Shown: positions 30,309 to 40,496, numbered from the stretch's first letter. The stretch is 64,000 bases of DNA from Parcubacteria group bacterium LiPW_30 (GCA_007375595.1 VMEP01000001.1:10061-74060); one strand, 5' to 3'. Notes: generated by a model not told the origin, from the letters alone. Numbers and translations are program-made.

Positions 30309-31237
30309 AAAAAATAAAAATTCTTAAAACAACTGGAAGTGAACTCTCAAACCAGCTCTGGAACTACGTAAGCATTTACGCTTATACTCTTGAACGAAAA
30401 TTTACAATTCAAAATTATTCTTTTTTTGAGTATGGAAATTACTTCACAATGTCTGCACCAAATCTTTTTTTTAGATTATTTTTCTTTCTTCCTTTTACTA
30501 ATTACACAAAAAGGAAAACTTCTTTCAAACGCAGATTGTGGAGAAAATTATACGAATATTATACAAAAATAATTATTTCAATAAACAAACAGTCTGTAAT
30601 TACATCCGATAATAGTGAAAATAAGCCATTTTATCTTCCACCAACAAATGAGAATTTAAAACTTTCAGAATTTGAGAAATCAAATGATGATATTTATTTC
30701 GATGGGTGGCTTTTCCGTAACCCTATAGGAATAAAAAAATATAGGGAAGAAATAATTGAATACTTTAAACCACGACAAGATATTGAGAAAAAAGTATCTA
30801 CACAAATAAAAACCTTGAGAAGTAATTACAAGAATCTTATAGGAGTACATGTTCGCCAGGGCGATTATAAGGAGTGGCGAAACGGCGCTTATTTTGTTCC
30901 ACAAATAATGGTTAAAGAAATTATTTTGGAATATTTAAAAACATCAGGCCTTAGTGCTTCGGAAACCTGTTTTGTTATTACCTCTGACGGACCAATTGAA
31001 ACACTGCTATATAGCGATTTAAATCTCTATATAAGCAAGGAAAACGCAGTTCATGACTTATTCCTACTTTCATCAACTGACCTCATTTTAGGGGCAAATA
31101 GCACATTTGGGGCCTTTGCGTCCTACTATGGAGATATACCTTTTGTTGTTATGCAAAAAGAACAAATAGACTGGGGCTACTATTCGGACAAAAAATCGTA
31201 TTTTGAAAACAAATACTGCACAATGGTGCACTTTTAA
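30305..31237 (+). CDS. Alpha-1,2-fucosyltransferase-like (GT11) protein
   Basis: LSNQL, GVHVRQGDY and NSTFGAFASY. Consistent with gmd/fcl in the locus. Confidence 0.75.
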   Translation: MKKIKILKTTGSELSNQLWNYVSIYAYTLERKFTIQNYSFFEYGNYFTMSAPNLFFRLFFFLPFTNYTKRKTSFKRRLWRKLYEYYTKIIISINKQSVITSDNSENKPFYLPPTNENLKLSEFEKSNDDIYFDGWLFRNPIGIKKYREEIIEYFKPRQDIEKKVSTQIKTLRSNYKNLIGVHVRQGDYKEWRNGAYFVPQIMVKEIILEYLKTSGLSASETCFVITSDGPIETLLYSDLNLYISKENAVHDLFLLSSTDLILGANSTFGAFASYYGDIPFVVMQKEQIDWGYYSDKKSYFENKYCTMVHF

Positions 31238-32397
31238 GGCTCTATCTTTCCGCCAACAAAATCTAATATCCTCTTGGCTCTTCTTTCCCATGTATGGAAC
31301 AAAACATCAGAATAAGCCTTCTCTGTTATTTCTCCTACAAGATTTTTGTCACTAGTAGCTTTCTTAATCCCCTCTGCCAAATCATTTGGATTATCTGGCA
31401 AAACAATAATGGCATTCTCATTATTTGCTATTTCTCTCACGGATGGAATATCTGTCGCCACGATTGGGCGCCTACTTACCATGTACTCAAAAAGTTTCAT
31501 TGGGGAGGTGTAATATTTTGAAATATCCTCTTTTGCGGTGTTTGGTAAAACTAAAACATCAGCAGATTTTTGCCACAATGGAATCTCTCCACGCTCCTTG
31601 TGTCCTACAATCAATATATTCTCAACACCACCATACTTACCCTTAAAACTATCAACATCATCCTTTGTGCCACCAACAAAAACTGTTAAGTAATCTTTTG
31701 GAAGTATTTTTGTGGCTTCCGCTAAAACATCTGTTCCCTTCCAAGAATACAGATGTCCAGTATATACAATTATTTTTTTGTCTCCCGGCAAATTTAATTT
31801 ATCTCTGGCTTCTTCTTTCCCTATTGGAATATTAAAATCTTTCACCTCGACGGCATTACGTTCGCATATAATTTTTTCTCTATTTACTCCAAACAATCGA
31901 ATCACCTCTTCTGTTTTCCAAATATTTGTTACTAAAAGATATTTTACTCTCCGAAAAAGTAATTTATAAAAAAACTTTTTTCCTTCTGGAAAATCGTGTA
32001 ATTCATACAAAGTATTTGGAAAATAAAAAGTTAAGAAAAGCGTGGGGAGAGATTCATTTGAATAAATTAGGTCTTGCTTGCTAGCTTTAAAAATAAGGTA
32101 GATAAAACTTACCAACGAAAACAAGAGGAAACTTAATTTAAAAGAAAAGCCTTTCAAGAAACCGATATTTAATATATCTATGGTCGGCAAATACCTTACC
32201 TCAAAGTTATTTTCCAACTTATAGTAATTTTGTGGATCTGCTTTGAACCTCCCTAGGCGACGTGGAACAAGAATAGTCGTCAAAAAGCCCATTTTCCCAA
32301 ATGCCTCACATTCCTTAGCCGCAAAAAGAGAAGCCGCTTTTTCACTAGGAAAACGGCCATGAAAAATGACGAACACCCTTTTTATACCTGATTTCAT
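31234..32397 (-). CDS. Glycosyltransferase family 4
   Basis: YTGHLYSWKG, ADVLVLP and SPMKLFEYM. Start taken at MKSGIK. Confidence 0.88.
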   Translation of the reverse strand: MKSGIKRVFVIFHGRFPSEKAASLFAAKECEAFGKMGFLTTILVPRRLGRFKADPQNYYKLENNFEVRYLPTIDILNIGFLKGFSFKLSFLLFSLVSFIYLIFKASKQDLIYSNESLPTLFLTFYFPNTLYELHDFPEGKKFFYKLLFRRVKYLLVTNIWKTEEVIRLFGVNREKIICERNAVEVKDFNIPIGKEEARDKLNLPGDKKIIVYTGHLYSWKGTDVLAEATKILPKDYLTVFVGGTKDDVDSFKGKYGGVENILIVGHKERGEIPLWQKSADVLVLPNTAKEDISKYYTSPMKLFEYMVSRRPIVATDIPSVREIANNENAIIVLPDNPNDLAEGIKKATSDKNLVGEITEKAYSDVLFHTWERRAKRILDFVGGKIEP

Positions 32398-32439
32398 GTG
32401 ATAATGATTGTAACAAATAAGATGATATACTTGAAGCCA

Positions 32440-32561
32440 ATCCCGGACGAAATCGCGGACACTAGACACAAAAAATGGCCTTTCAAAGTAATCAAAAAAT
32501 TATTAACAACAATAACTTAAGACTCGGACTTATCTAGTCTGCGTCCTATTTCGTACGGGAT
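32440..32561. repeat. REPIN-like doublet left of the GIY-YIG gene
   Basis: Inverted repeats ATCCCGGACGAAAT (32440-32453) and ATTTCGTACGGGAT (32548-32561), 13/14 complementary. Confidence 0.75.
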
Positions 32562-32585
32562 GACCCCAAACAAAGTAATTTAAGT

Positions 32586-32858
32586 ATGTTCTATACATAT
32601 ATACTAAAAAGCAAGAAAGATGGTAAGTTGTACACGGGATATACGAGTAATTTACGAAAACGTTTTAAAGATCACAACGATGGAAAATCAACATATACTA
32701 AAGGAAAGGGTCCTTACGAATTAATTTATTACGAAGCATGTCTCGCGGAAGAAGATGCAAAGTCGAGAGAATTATATTTAAAAGCTGGAAGGGGTAAGCG
32801 TTTTATAAAGTCTCGTTTAAAATGTTTCTTTTTGAAAAACTTGTCCCGTACAAAATAG
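32586..32858 (+). CDS. Stand-alone GIY-YIG nuclease (UPF0213-like), 90 aa
   Basis: FYTYILKS..DGKLYTGYTSNLRKRFKDHN.G...YTK...PYELIYYE....DAKSRELYLK. Confidence 0.92.
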   Translation: MFYTYILKSKKDGKLYTGYTSNLRKRFKDHNDGKSTYTKGKGPYELIYYEACLAEEDAKSRELYLKAGRGKRFIKSRLKCFFLKNLSRTK

Positions 32859-32965
32859 CCTAGTTATGTTTTACGCTTATATAATGAAAAGTAGCTATAA
32901 TGATAATGTATACCAAATTTATAAATAATTTATGGAAATGTAATCATTTCTAATTTTGTACGGGA
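32844..32965. repeat. REPIN-like doublet right of the GIY-YIG gene
   Basis: Perfect 13-bp inverted repeats TCCCGTACAAAAT (32844-32856) and ATTTTGTACGGGA (32953-32965). Confidence 0.8.
32866..32928 (+). pseudogene. Relic N-terminus of a second GIY-YIG gene
   Basis: MFYAYIMKSSYNDNVYQIYK* resembles MFYTYILKSKKDGKLY of the adjacent nuclease. Confidence 0.55.
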
Positions 32966-34020
32966 TGAAGTTTTTATACATAAATACTGGCAATAAATAC
33001 GCCCCAGATAAACACCTAATTGATGGGCTAAGGGAAAATAGTCATGAGGTTTTTGAATTAATTGAAAACGGGCATGGTATTAGTAAATATGTTTATTTTA
33101 TTAACCGCTTCTTAAAAAACAAAAATCAATTTGATGTAATTATTATTGGCTATGGTTTGCCGTTTTTAATACCAGTAATCCGCCTTCTATCAATCAAAAA
33201 GTTAATTTTCAATGCTATTTCTTCCCAATATGAAGCAAATATAATATCAAGAAATATTGCTAAAAATTTTTCTTTTACGGGGATAAGATGGTTCCTTGTA
33301 GATTTAATTTCTTTTCATCTTTCCTCAAAAGTTTTACTTGAAAGCAACGCTCAAGTTAGTTTTGTAAATAAAAAATTCTTTGTCCCAAAAAACAAACTTA
33401 TCCTTGGAAGAATGGGGGTTGATGAAGAAATTTTTTTTCGAGACCAATCTATACAAAAAAATAAAGACTTCACTGTTTTATTCAGGGGAAGGTTTTTACC
33501 AGAATCTGGAATACTTACCGTAATAGAAACGGCAAAAAAACTAGAGGATAAAAAAATTAAATTCCTCGTTATAGGTCATGGGTTTATGTATAGAGAAGTT
33601 AATGCGTTAATAGCAAAACTCAAACCAACTAATTTAAAAATATTATCGGAAAGATTATCAGAAGATGAGCTTCGAAAAATGATGCTCTCTTGTCATATAA
33701 GTTTGGGGCAACTCGCGGACCACCCTCGCCTTATTCGCACACTTCCAGCTAAACTGTATGAGAGCCTCGCTCTTGGTCTCCCCTACCTTACCGGAAGAAA
33801 CGCTGGTGTACTTGAAGTTTTAACAGAGAATAATAATTGTATTGCAGTAGAGCCTGGTAACTCTCTAGAACTAGCAGAAAAAATAACTTACTTGCAGGAC
33901 AACCCAGAAATACTTAGCAACATCGGTGAAAATGGTTATAACCTTTACCTAAAAGAATTCACTTCAAAAAAACTGGCGAAAGATTTTATTCGCGACTGTT
34001 TTGGCTATAAACTTTCCTAG
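32965..34020 (+). CDS. Glycosyltransferase family 4
   Basis: LFRGRFLPESG and PAKLYESLALGLP. The ATG (MKFLYIN) sits at the edge of the repeat. Confidence 0.85.
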   Translation: MKFLYINTGNKYAPDKHLIDGLRENSHEVFELIENGHGISKYVYFINRFLKNKNQFDVIIIGYGLPFLIPVIRLLSIKKLIFNAISSQYEANIISRNIAKNFSFTGIRWFLVDLISFHLSSKVLLESNAQVSFVNKKFFVPKNKLILGRMGVDEEIFFRDQSIQKNKDFTVLFRGRFLPESGILTVIETAKKLEDKKIKFLVIGHGFMYREVNALIAKLKPTNLKILSERLSEDELRKMMLSCHISLGQLADHPRLIRTLPAKLYESLALGLPYLTGRNAGVLEVLTENNNCIAVEPGNSLELAEKITYLQDNPEILSNIGENGYNLYLKEFTSKKLAKDFIRDCFGYKLS

Positions 34021-34627
34021 CTATAACAAAATAACCCAAAGGTATTCTTTTACTTACATTTCGATATCTCTTAGATATTTTAAAAAATATTGAATCTATA
34101 AAAACTGCGAGATTTTTAAAAAAGCCCTTAAGAAAGCTCGGGAACATTCCGGAGGCAGATTGGTAAAATACAGAGAATAAACCTAATCCTATTTCCTCTA
34201 TTTCTATATTTTCAAACTTATTCTCCTTGAGCATTTCTTCTATTGCCGAACGGGTATATCTAAAATAATCATCGGGGCTACCGTGAATATGGTGCATGAA
34301 CGGAACTGCAAAAATAAAAGATCCGCCATGTCTTAAGACACGAAACGTCTCTTCTATCACATTATTAAATTTATAAACATGCTCCAAAACATTCATACAA
34401 ATAACTGCATCAAATTTTTCATCTTCAATTGGAAAAGATTTCTGTATATCAAAAACCATGTCGCACCCGTACTGGGCACTAATATTAACCGAAGTAAATG
34501 TATGATTACCCTTAATTATGTCATGGTACTCAGAATTAAAATTTCCACCTAAATCAAGAATCAAACCATCTACAGAAATAGTTTTTAACTTTTTATACTC
34601 CCCATCTCTAATTATTGAATAAGTCAT
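33986..34627 (-). CDS. Class I SAM-dependent methyltransferase
   Basis: ILDLGG, FDAVICMNVLEHV and HGSPDDYFRYT. Confidence 0.85.
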   Translation of the reverse strand: MTYSIIRDGEYKKLKTISVDGLILDLGGNFNSEYHDIIKGNHTFTSVNISAQYGCDMVFDIQKSFPIEDEKFDAVICMNVLEHVYKFNNVIEETFRVLRHGGSFIFAVPFMHHIHGSPDDYFRYTRSAIEEMLKENKFENIEIEEIGLGLFSVFYQSASGMFPSFLKGFFKNLAVFIDSIFFKISKRYRNVSKRIPLGYFVIARKVYSQNSRE

Positions 34628-35265
34628 TTCTTTTCTAACTTAACAACAAAAGATAAAGCAAATAAAGATGGCCAAATTTTTGTCATAAATTTTGAAATTA
34701 ATCCAATCAAAAAATAATCCTGCCAAAAAGTATTCATTCGTATCTCAACTAAACGAAGCCCGCAATTATCAGTAATTCTTCTTAAAACAGAATAGTTGAA
34801 CCAGTATACATGTCCTTTATTTGGCCTATTGTTTTCCGGAACCTTTCCTAAAAAAGTCTGAATCCTGGCTGGCAAAGAACTGAAGTTAGGCACACTTATT
34901 ATTACGATTTTTTTAGAAACACGGGTGGCTTCAATTAAAAGGTCTTGAGGGGTATAAAGATGTTCTAAAAGATCGAGCATTGAAACGTAATCAAACGTGT
35001 TGTCTTCAAATGGAATCTTGTCGTTAAAATCAAAAACTGATGCTTCTATCCCCTTCTCCCTTGTCCTCAAAACACCCTCTTCGGAAATATCTAAGCCACT
35101 TCCCTTTATTCCTTTTTTCTTCAAAAGTGAAAGAAAAAGACCGTCACCAGAACCAAGGTCAAGAACTACCCCTTTATCAATCATCGCAAGAGAAGCCATG
35201 TGTCGGAAGCAAACAACTTGTTCATCTTTCGCCCAGCGATTATTTTCGAATTGTTTTACGTTCAT
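34624..35265 (-). CDS. Class I SAM-dependent methyltransferase (MetW-like)
   Basis: VLDLGSGDG, GLDIS, LLEHL and SVPNF. Confidence 0.85.
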   Translation of the reverse strand: MNVKQFENNRWAKDEQVVCFRHMASLAMIDKGVVLDLGSGDGLFLSLLKKKGIKGSGLDISEEGVLRTREKGIEASVFDFNDKIPFEDNTFDYVSMLDLLEHLYTPQDLLIEATRVSKKIVIISVPNFSSLPARIQTFLGKVPENNRPNKGHVYWFNYSVLRRITDNCGLRLVEIRMNTFWQDYFLIGLISKFMTKIWPSLFALSFVVKLEKK

Positions 35266-36380
35266 TAGTTTTTTAATAACTTAACAAATATTTCTGAAAC
35301 CGAGGACACGTCATAATTAACCACATGAGTCTTTAATTTTTCTGCCACCAAGCCACGCGTTATTGAATCTTGATTTAGGAACAAACATATTCTATCAGCA
35401 AAACTATCTACATTATTTAGTGGTATAACATTCTCCATCATACTACCAGGAATAATATCACGCACAGCGCCGACATCACTTGCGACAAATGGCACACCCA
35501 TAGCCATTGATTCAAGAAGAACGCGAGGAAAACCCTCTTCTTCCGACGGCATGAAAAATACATCTGAGGCTATAAAATAATCAGGTAGTTCTCGGTTTGC
35601 CACTGCGCCAACTAAACGAATATTTTTATTAAGACCCAAACGAACTACCTCGTCACGTAAAAAATTTTCATCAGGTCCGGATCCAACAACAATAAAAATA
35701 GTATCTGGAAACGAGTCAATAACTTTTTTAGCCACAGGTAAAATAATACGGGAACCTTTTCTTCTAGAAAGGTGGTGTACAAATAAAACAACTTTTGATT
35801 CTTGTGAAATATTTAATTTAGCACGAGCGTCTTCGCGAGAAAGTGTGTTTTTAAAACGCTCCAAATCTATCCAATTTGGCATTACCAAAACTGAATCTCT
35901 TTTTATCCCGTAATGCTTCACATATTCATCCGCAAGCAACGGTGCTCCGGTTACTAAATGTGTAACCATTTTATAGACCAATCTTTCAAAAATTTCTCGA
36001 AAAACATTGCGTTTGTATTTCCACGGCTCACCACAATTCCAATAAAAAACACGACCTCCGAAAACCCTAACAATAATTGAAGAAAAAAATGCAGAGAAAA
36101 AAGAATAATGAATATAGAAATCTTTATAGCCAGAAAGGCGCGCTCTTAAGAGAATTATTTTAGTTTCAATAATTCTAAAAAAAATAAATTTTGACTTAAT
36201 TAAGTATGCTTTTGTATAGCCAACGGAAATAGGCGGTTTTGAGCCTTTTTCAACGATAAGGTATATATCAAAAATAACCCCTATTTTGCTTAAAAAATCG
36301 TGTATATGCGAAAAATGAGACGCATCTTTGGTCTCATAGCGAGGGAGGACATAACATAGTTTTGGCTTCATATAACGCAT
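35265..36380 (-). CDS. Glycosyltransferase family 4
   Basis: PNWID, RRKG and PSEEEGFPRVLLESMAMGVP. Confidence 0.9.
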   Translation of the reverse strand: MRYMKPKLCYVLPRYETKDASHFSHIHDFLSKIGVIFDIYLIVEKGSKPPISVGYTKAYLIKSKFIFFRIIETKIILLRARLSGYKDFYIHYSFFSAFFSSIIVRVFGGRVFYWNCGEPWKYKRNVFREIFERLVYKMVTHLVTGAPLLADEYVKHYGIKRDSVLVMPNWIDLERFKNTLSREDARAKLNISQESKVVLFVHHLSRRKGSRIILPVAKKVIDSFPDTIFIVVGSGPDENFLRDEVVRLGLNKNIRLVGAVANRELPDYFIASDVFFMPSEEEGFPRVLLESMAMGVPFVASDVGAVRDIIPGSMMENVIPLNNVDSFADRICLFLNQDSITRGLVAEKLKTHVVNYDVSSVSEIFVKLLKN

Positions 36381-36418
36381 TATGGGGTTCTATTTGGTTG
36401 TGTCAAAGCATGATTTTG

Positions 36419-37591
36419 TTAACCAAAACACACTTCCCATGATTCTTTCATTCTGTTCAAATAATCGTCTTTGCCACGAAAAACCCCGAGAGCAGTTTGC
36501 GCCCTCATTGTGAATTCTTTTCTAACATCTTTGTGTTCAATAAACCTGCCCATATTACCGACAAAACAATTAATATCTTCACTTGAACAAACCAAAACGT
36601 CTTCGTTTTTTATTAAAATATTTCCAACAATACCAACATCACTAGAAATAACTGGGCAATCAGAAGCTATCGCCTCAACTAAGGTCATTCCAAAACCTTC
36701 ATATTTTGAAGTTAAAAGAAAAGCGTCGGCGGTCTTGTAATAAGAAGTTAAATCACTTTGCCATGGTTCAAAAATCACACTAACCCCTAGTTCATGGTTT
36801 TTAACTTTTAGCTTAAGTTTTTGTTCCTCTGAGCCTGAACCAACAATAATGAGGCCGACTTTTAGATATTTTTTACTAACCTCTTTCATTGCATCAATTG
36901 CCATTTCAATATTTTTTTCGCGAGTTAAACGCGAAGCCATCAGGAAAATAAAATCAAATTGAGGATATTTTTTATGTAAATCGACAGTTGGAATAGCCTT
37001 TCTTATTTTTTCTATGTCAACAAAAATAGGGAGAACAAACGGAACAGCCTTTAGTTTATAGTTGTTAGCCTTCAAAGAAGAAGTAATTCGCTCGGAAACA
37101 ACACGAACTCCATCTGCTTTTGGAAGTAAGAACTTTGCGATTATTATCCGAATTTTATTTAAAAAAGATTCTCTGGAAAAATATGGACTTAAAAAATCCG
37201 TGTGAATTTGGAGTTGTAGTTTTGATTTTGTTTTTTTGGATATACACCAAGCAATAAAGCCTGTTTCAAAAGGATCCTGGGCGGTAATCAGCCAGCTTTC
37301 AGCTTCCAGCTTATGGCTTTTAGACAATACGCTAGTACCAACGCTATATGCTTTATATAAAGAACTTAGTTTGAAGCTGGCGTTTGCTGTATAAACAAAA
37401 ATATTTTCACCGATTTTTATACCCTTATTGTCTTCGTGAGAATTTACCGATTTTCTACTTTCTACTTTCAACTTTCCAACCACCAATATATAAAGTTCGT
37501 CGCAAATAGTTCCATAAGAAACCATGCGCTCGCGAACGACGCTTCCCTCTTCCAGAATATTCTTATCAGTTGAAATCATTAAGACCTTCAT
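36419..37591 (-). CDS. Glycosyltransferase family 4
   Basis: SRLTREKN and SKYEGFGMTLVEA. Confidence 0.9.
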   Translation of the reverse strand: MKVLMISTDKNILEEGSVVRERMVSYGTICDELYILVVGKLKVESRKSVNSHEDNKGIKIGENIFVYTANASFKLSSLYKAYSVGTSVLSKSHKLEAESWLITAQDPFETGFIAWCISKKTKSKLQLQIHTDFLSPYFSRESFLNKIRIIIAKFLLPKADGVRVVSERITSSLKANNYKLKAVPFVLPIFVDIEKIRKAIPTVDLHKKYPQFDFIFLMASRLTREKNIEMAIDAMKEVSKKYLKVGLIIVGSGSEEQKLKLKVKNHELGVSVIFEPWQSDLTSYYKTADAFLLTSKYEGFGMTLVEAIASDCPVISSDVGIVGNILIKNEDVLVCSSEDINCFVGNMGRFIEHKDVRKEFTMRAQTALGVFRGKDDYLNRMKESWEVCFG

Positions 37592-38691
37592 AATTGTAGT
37601 GCTTTAATTGTCTCATTAATCATTCGTTCGCGATTAAATAATTCTACTGTCTTTCTTGCGTTTTGTGCCAACTCATTAGAAAAATCTTCATTTAACAAAA
37701 TTCTTTCAACAGAGTGTACAATCGCATCCCTATCATCAAGCTCTACTAATAGGCCGTTTTTCTCATTTTCTATGACTTCGGGATTGCCCCCAATATTGGT
37801 TGTTATTATTGGTGTCCCCAGAGCCATAACCTCAAGTAATTGATGAGAAAAGCCCTCATAGGCCGTATTTAAAACAAAAACTGAGGCACTCTTAATATAT
37901 TTAAAAAGCCTCTCCTGAGGAAGCGCTCCGGCTAAAAACACGTTTGATTCTAAACTAAGTTCTTTAATAGCGCTTTCAAGCTTCCTTCGTTCACTGCCCT
38001 CCCCTGCGATAATTAACTTAATATCTGGAAAATGTTTAACAAGCCTCGGCATAAGAGCCACAAGTGTTAAAAAACCTTTCCATGGAACAAGCCGGCCAGC
38101 CGATAAAATTATTCTTTCTCTTTTGTTATCGTCTGGTAAATTTTGAACCTCCCCGTCAAAAGAATTATAAACAACCGTTATTTTATTTTTTTCTATCCCC
38201 CAATTAGAAACGATGTGTTTCAAATATTCACTTGGTACGATAATTTTATCCGCCTTTTTAGCAACACAAGTTTCAACGTGTTTTAAAAACAAAACCAATA
38301 AACGATATCCTTTTCTATTTTTTGAAAATTCATCTAATAAATCTTTCACACCAAATCGAGAAACGCCCTGTTCCCATGCATAATCGCCAACAATTTTTAA
38401 AATAAATTTCTTGCGTAATATTTTTGAAGCAATCATCGCCGGCAAACCAACCGATACTGGGTCTTGAGCATAAATGACATCGCACCCACGAGCGCGAAAA
38501 ATTGTTTTTAAAAAATAAAAAATGTGTCGAATAATTTTAGGCAGAAAGCGAACCTCCCCGAAACTTAAAATCTCCACACTAATCCCCTTCTTTGGAAACT
38601 CTTCGAAAAGAGCTTTGCTATACGAAGCAGGCCCCCCAATATCTGGCGGATAAATTCCTGTCGCGATAAGTATTTTCTTGTTCGTGTTCAT
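37588..38691 (-). CDS. Glycosyltransferase family 4
   Basis: YPPDIGGPA, GRLVPWKG and YEGFSHQLLEVMALG. Confidence 0.9.
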   Translation of the reverse strand: MNTNKKILIATGIYPPDIGGPASYSKALFEEFPKKGISVEILSFGEVRFLPKIIRHIFYFLKTIFRARGCDVIYAQDPVSVGLPAMIASKILRKKFILKIVGDYAWEQGVSRFGVKDLLDEFSKNRKGYRLLVLFLKHVETCVAKKADKIIVPSEYLKHIVSNWGIEKNKITVVYNSFDGEVQNLPDDNKRERIILSAGRLVPWKGFLTLVALMPRLVKHFPDIKLIIAGEGSERRKLESAIKELSLESNVFLAGALPQERLFKYIKSASVFVLNTAYEGFSHQLLEVMALGTPIITTNIGGNPEVIENEKNGLLVELDDRDAIVHSVERILLNEDFSNELAQNARKTVELFNRERMINETIKALQL

Positions 38692-39885
38692 TTATTTTTT
38701 ATCAACAAAAAGCCTATCAAAAACATTTTCTTTCATCATTTTTGAAATCAAATTCCAGTCATATCTCTCCATCGCCATTTTCATTCCACCCTCAATAACG
38801 TGCTCACGTAAACTTTTGTCTTCAAATAATAAATTAACTTTATCTGCAATACTCTTTGGGTTACGAACTTCACAAAAAAGCCCAGTTTCTTTGTCTACCA
38901 AAAAGTCTGTAATTCCCCCAACCGGTGTTGCAATAACAGGTAGCCCAGCAACCATTCCTTCAATAAAAGATATTCCGAACCCTTCAGAAAGAGACGGGCG
39001 AATAAAAACATCTGATATTTTTAAATATTTTGGCATCTCGGTGTGGCTTATTTGTCCCAAAAATATAACTCTGTCGGAAACACTATTATCAGATGCTAGT
39101 TTTTTTAACATCATTTCATCTGGCCCAACACCAAGTATTAAAAATTTAATATTGCCTTTAAGGAGTGGTAGCGCTTTAATAACATCATCACATGCATTCT
39201 TGGTCACTAATCTTGATGTTGTAATTAAATAAAAATCATCATCTTTTTTTCCTAATTTTTGTTTTAAGGCGTCTAGCTCTTCAACTGAGTACATTTTTGA
39301 AAAATGTTTAGCATTTACACCGTTTGGCACGATTGATATTTCTTTTTTATAACCCATTTCTTTTGCCACCCCAGAAAGATATGACGATGTGGTAATTATA
39401 AAATCTGCTTTAGTAAAAAGTTTTTTAAAAAGCGGGGCAATGATTTTTGTTCTTTTTTTATAATATTCAAACGGGTCACCATCATCTAATCTTGCAATGT
39501 ATGGAATATTGGGAAACAAAAATTTAAAAAACAAAGCACCAAAAGAAGCGTAGCTTGTCATCACAGTAACAACAGCGTCATATGGTTTCCTTTTATGTAA
39601 AACAACAGCGTAAAATAACGCCCAAAATGGGTACAAATATTTCATTACTACTAAGGGGAATCTTTTAAAATCTTGTATTTTTGCATTTTTATACCCAAAG
39701 CCAATACGGAAAATATCAATATTTCCAAAGCGCTCAAACTTAGGAAGATTAGTGTCGAAACGAAGAGTTATCATGTCAAACTTATAGTCTTCGGATGAAA
39801 TTCTGTCAGTGGTCTCTTTGATAGCAACTTCTGCCCCACCTATAAATGGGTAGTAAGTTAGAGAGAAAAAAAGTATTCGTTTCAT
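38692..39885 (-). CDS. Glycosyltransferase family 4
   Basis: YYPFIGGAE, PNGV and PSLSEGFGISFIEGM. Confidence 0.9.
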   Translation of the reverse strand: MKRILFFSLTYYPFIGGAEVAIKETTDRISSEDYKFDMITLRFDTNLPKFERFGNIDIFRIGFGYKNAKIQDFKRFPLVVMKYLYPFWALFYAVVLHKRKPYDAVVTVMTSYASFGALFFKFLFPNIPYIARLDDGDPFEYYKKRTKIIAPLFKKLFTKADFIITTSSYLSGVAKEMGYKKEISIVPNGVNAKHFSKMYSVEELDALKQKLGKKDDDFYLITTSRLVTKNACDDVIKALPLLKGNIKFLILGVGPDEMMLKKLASDNSVSDRVIFLGQISHTEMPKYLKISDVFIRPSLSEGFGISFIEGMVAGLPVIATPVGGITDFLVDKETGLFCEVRNPKSIADKVNLLFEDKSLREHVIEGGMKMAMERYDWNLISKMMKENVFDRLFVDKK

Positions 39886-39891
39886 GGTTTA

Positions 39892-40398
39892 TTAGTGAAT
39901 CCAATCAGTAACTAAATTTATTCCAGTTTTTTTGGCTGACTGTATCGTTATCATTCGTGCATATTTTTTAGAAAAGTTAGCAATGGTATGGCGCTTAATT
40001 TTATCGTCGATTACTAAATCACCCTCAACAAGCTTAGTTCCATTTTTTTTAATTTCACTCTTACTTGTATTTATTTCAGATAATTTATTACTTTCAATGT
40101 AAAAAATTTCCCCAGAAATAACTATCGTTATTTCATGTAGCGATTTATGTGTATGAAATGGTTGAATATGCCTTGGAGGAATATCGGTAACTATAAAACG
40201 AAATGGTAATTTTTTTCCCATCACCTTAATAAGGTCGTAGTCGTGACGAACTTCAAAATTCTTTTTTTTAGCATTAACTAAAATATTTTTTAACCCAAAA
40301 GAAGAAGAGGAAAAAAGTTTATATTGCCCTTTTTCTCCGTATTTTTTCGTAGTATCAATAACAGCTGCTTTTGAAAAACCAGGATGAGTAATTTTCAT
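39892..40398 (-). CDS. Cupin-domain protein
   Basis: PFHTHKSLHEITIVISGEI ... GD.....HTIAN cupin motifs. Confidence 0.7.
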   Translation of the reverse strand: MKITHPGFSKAAVIDTTKKYGEKGQYKLFSSSSFGLKNILVNAKKKNFEVRHDYDLIKVMGKKLPFRFIVTDIPPRHIQPFHTHKSLHEITIVISGEIFYIESNKLSEINTSKSEIKKNGTKLVEGDLVIDDKIKRHTIANFSKKYARMITIQSAKKTGINLVTDWIH

Positions 40399-40452
40399 AG
40401 TATGCGCTTTACTTTATCAAAAATTAAGATAATTACTACCTATAACAACAGA

Positions 40453-40485
40453 AAAGGGGCTAGCGTGACAACGCTTAGCCCCTTT
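40453..40485 (-). terminator. Intrinsic terminator
   Basis: AAAGGGGCTA-GCGT..ACGC-T-TAGCCCCTTT hairpin just past the stop of 40497-40742. Confidence 0.65.
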
Positions 40486-40496
40486 CTTTTTTGGCA

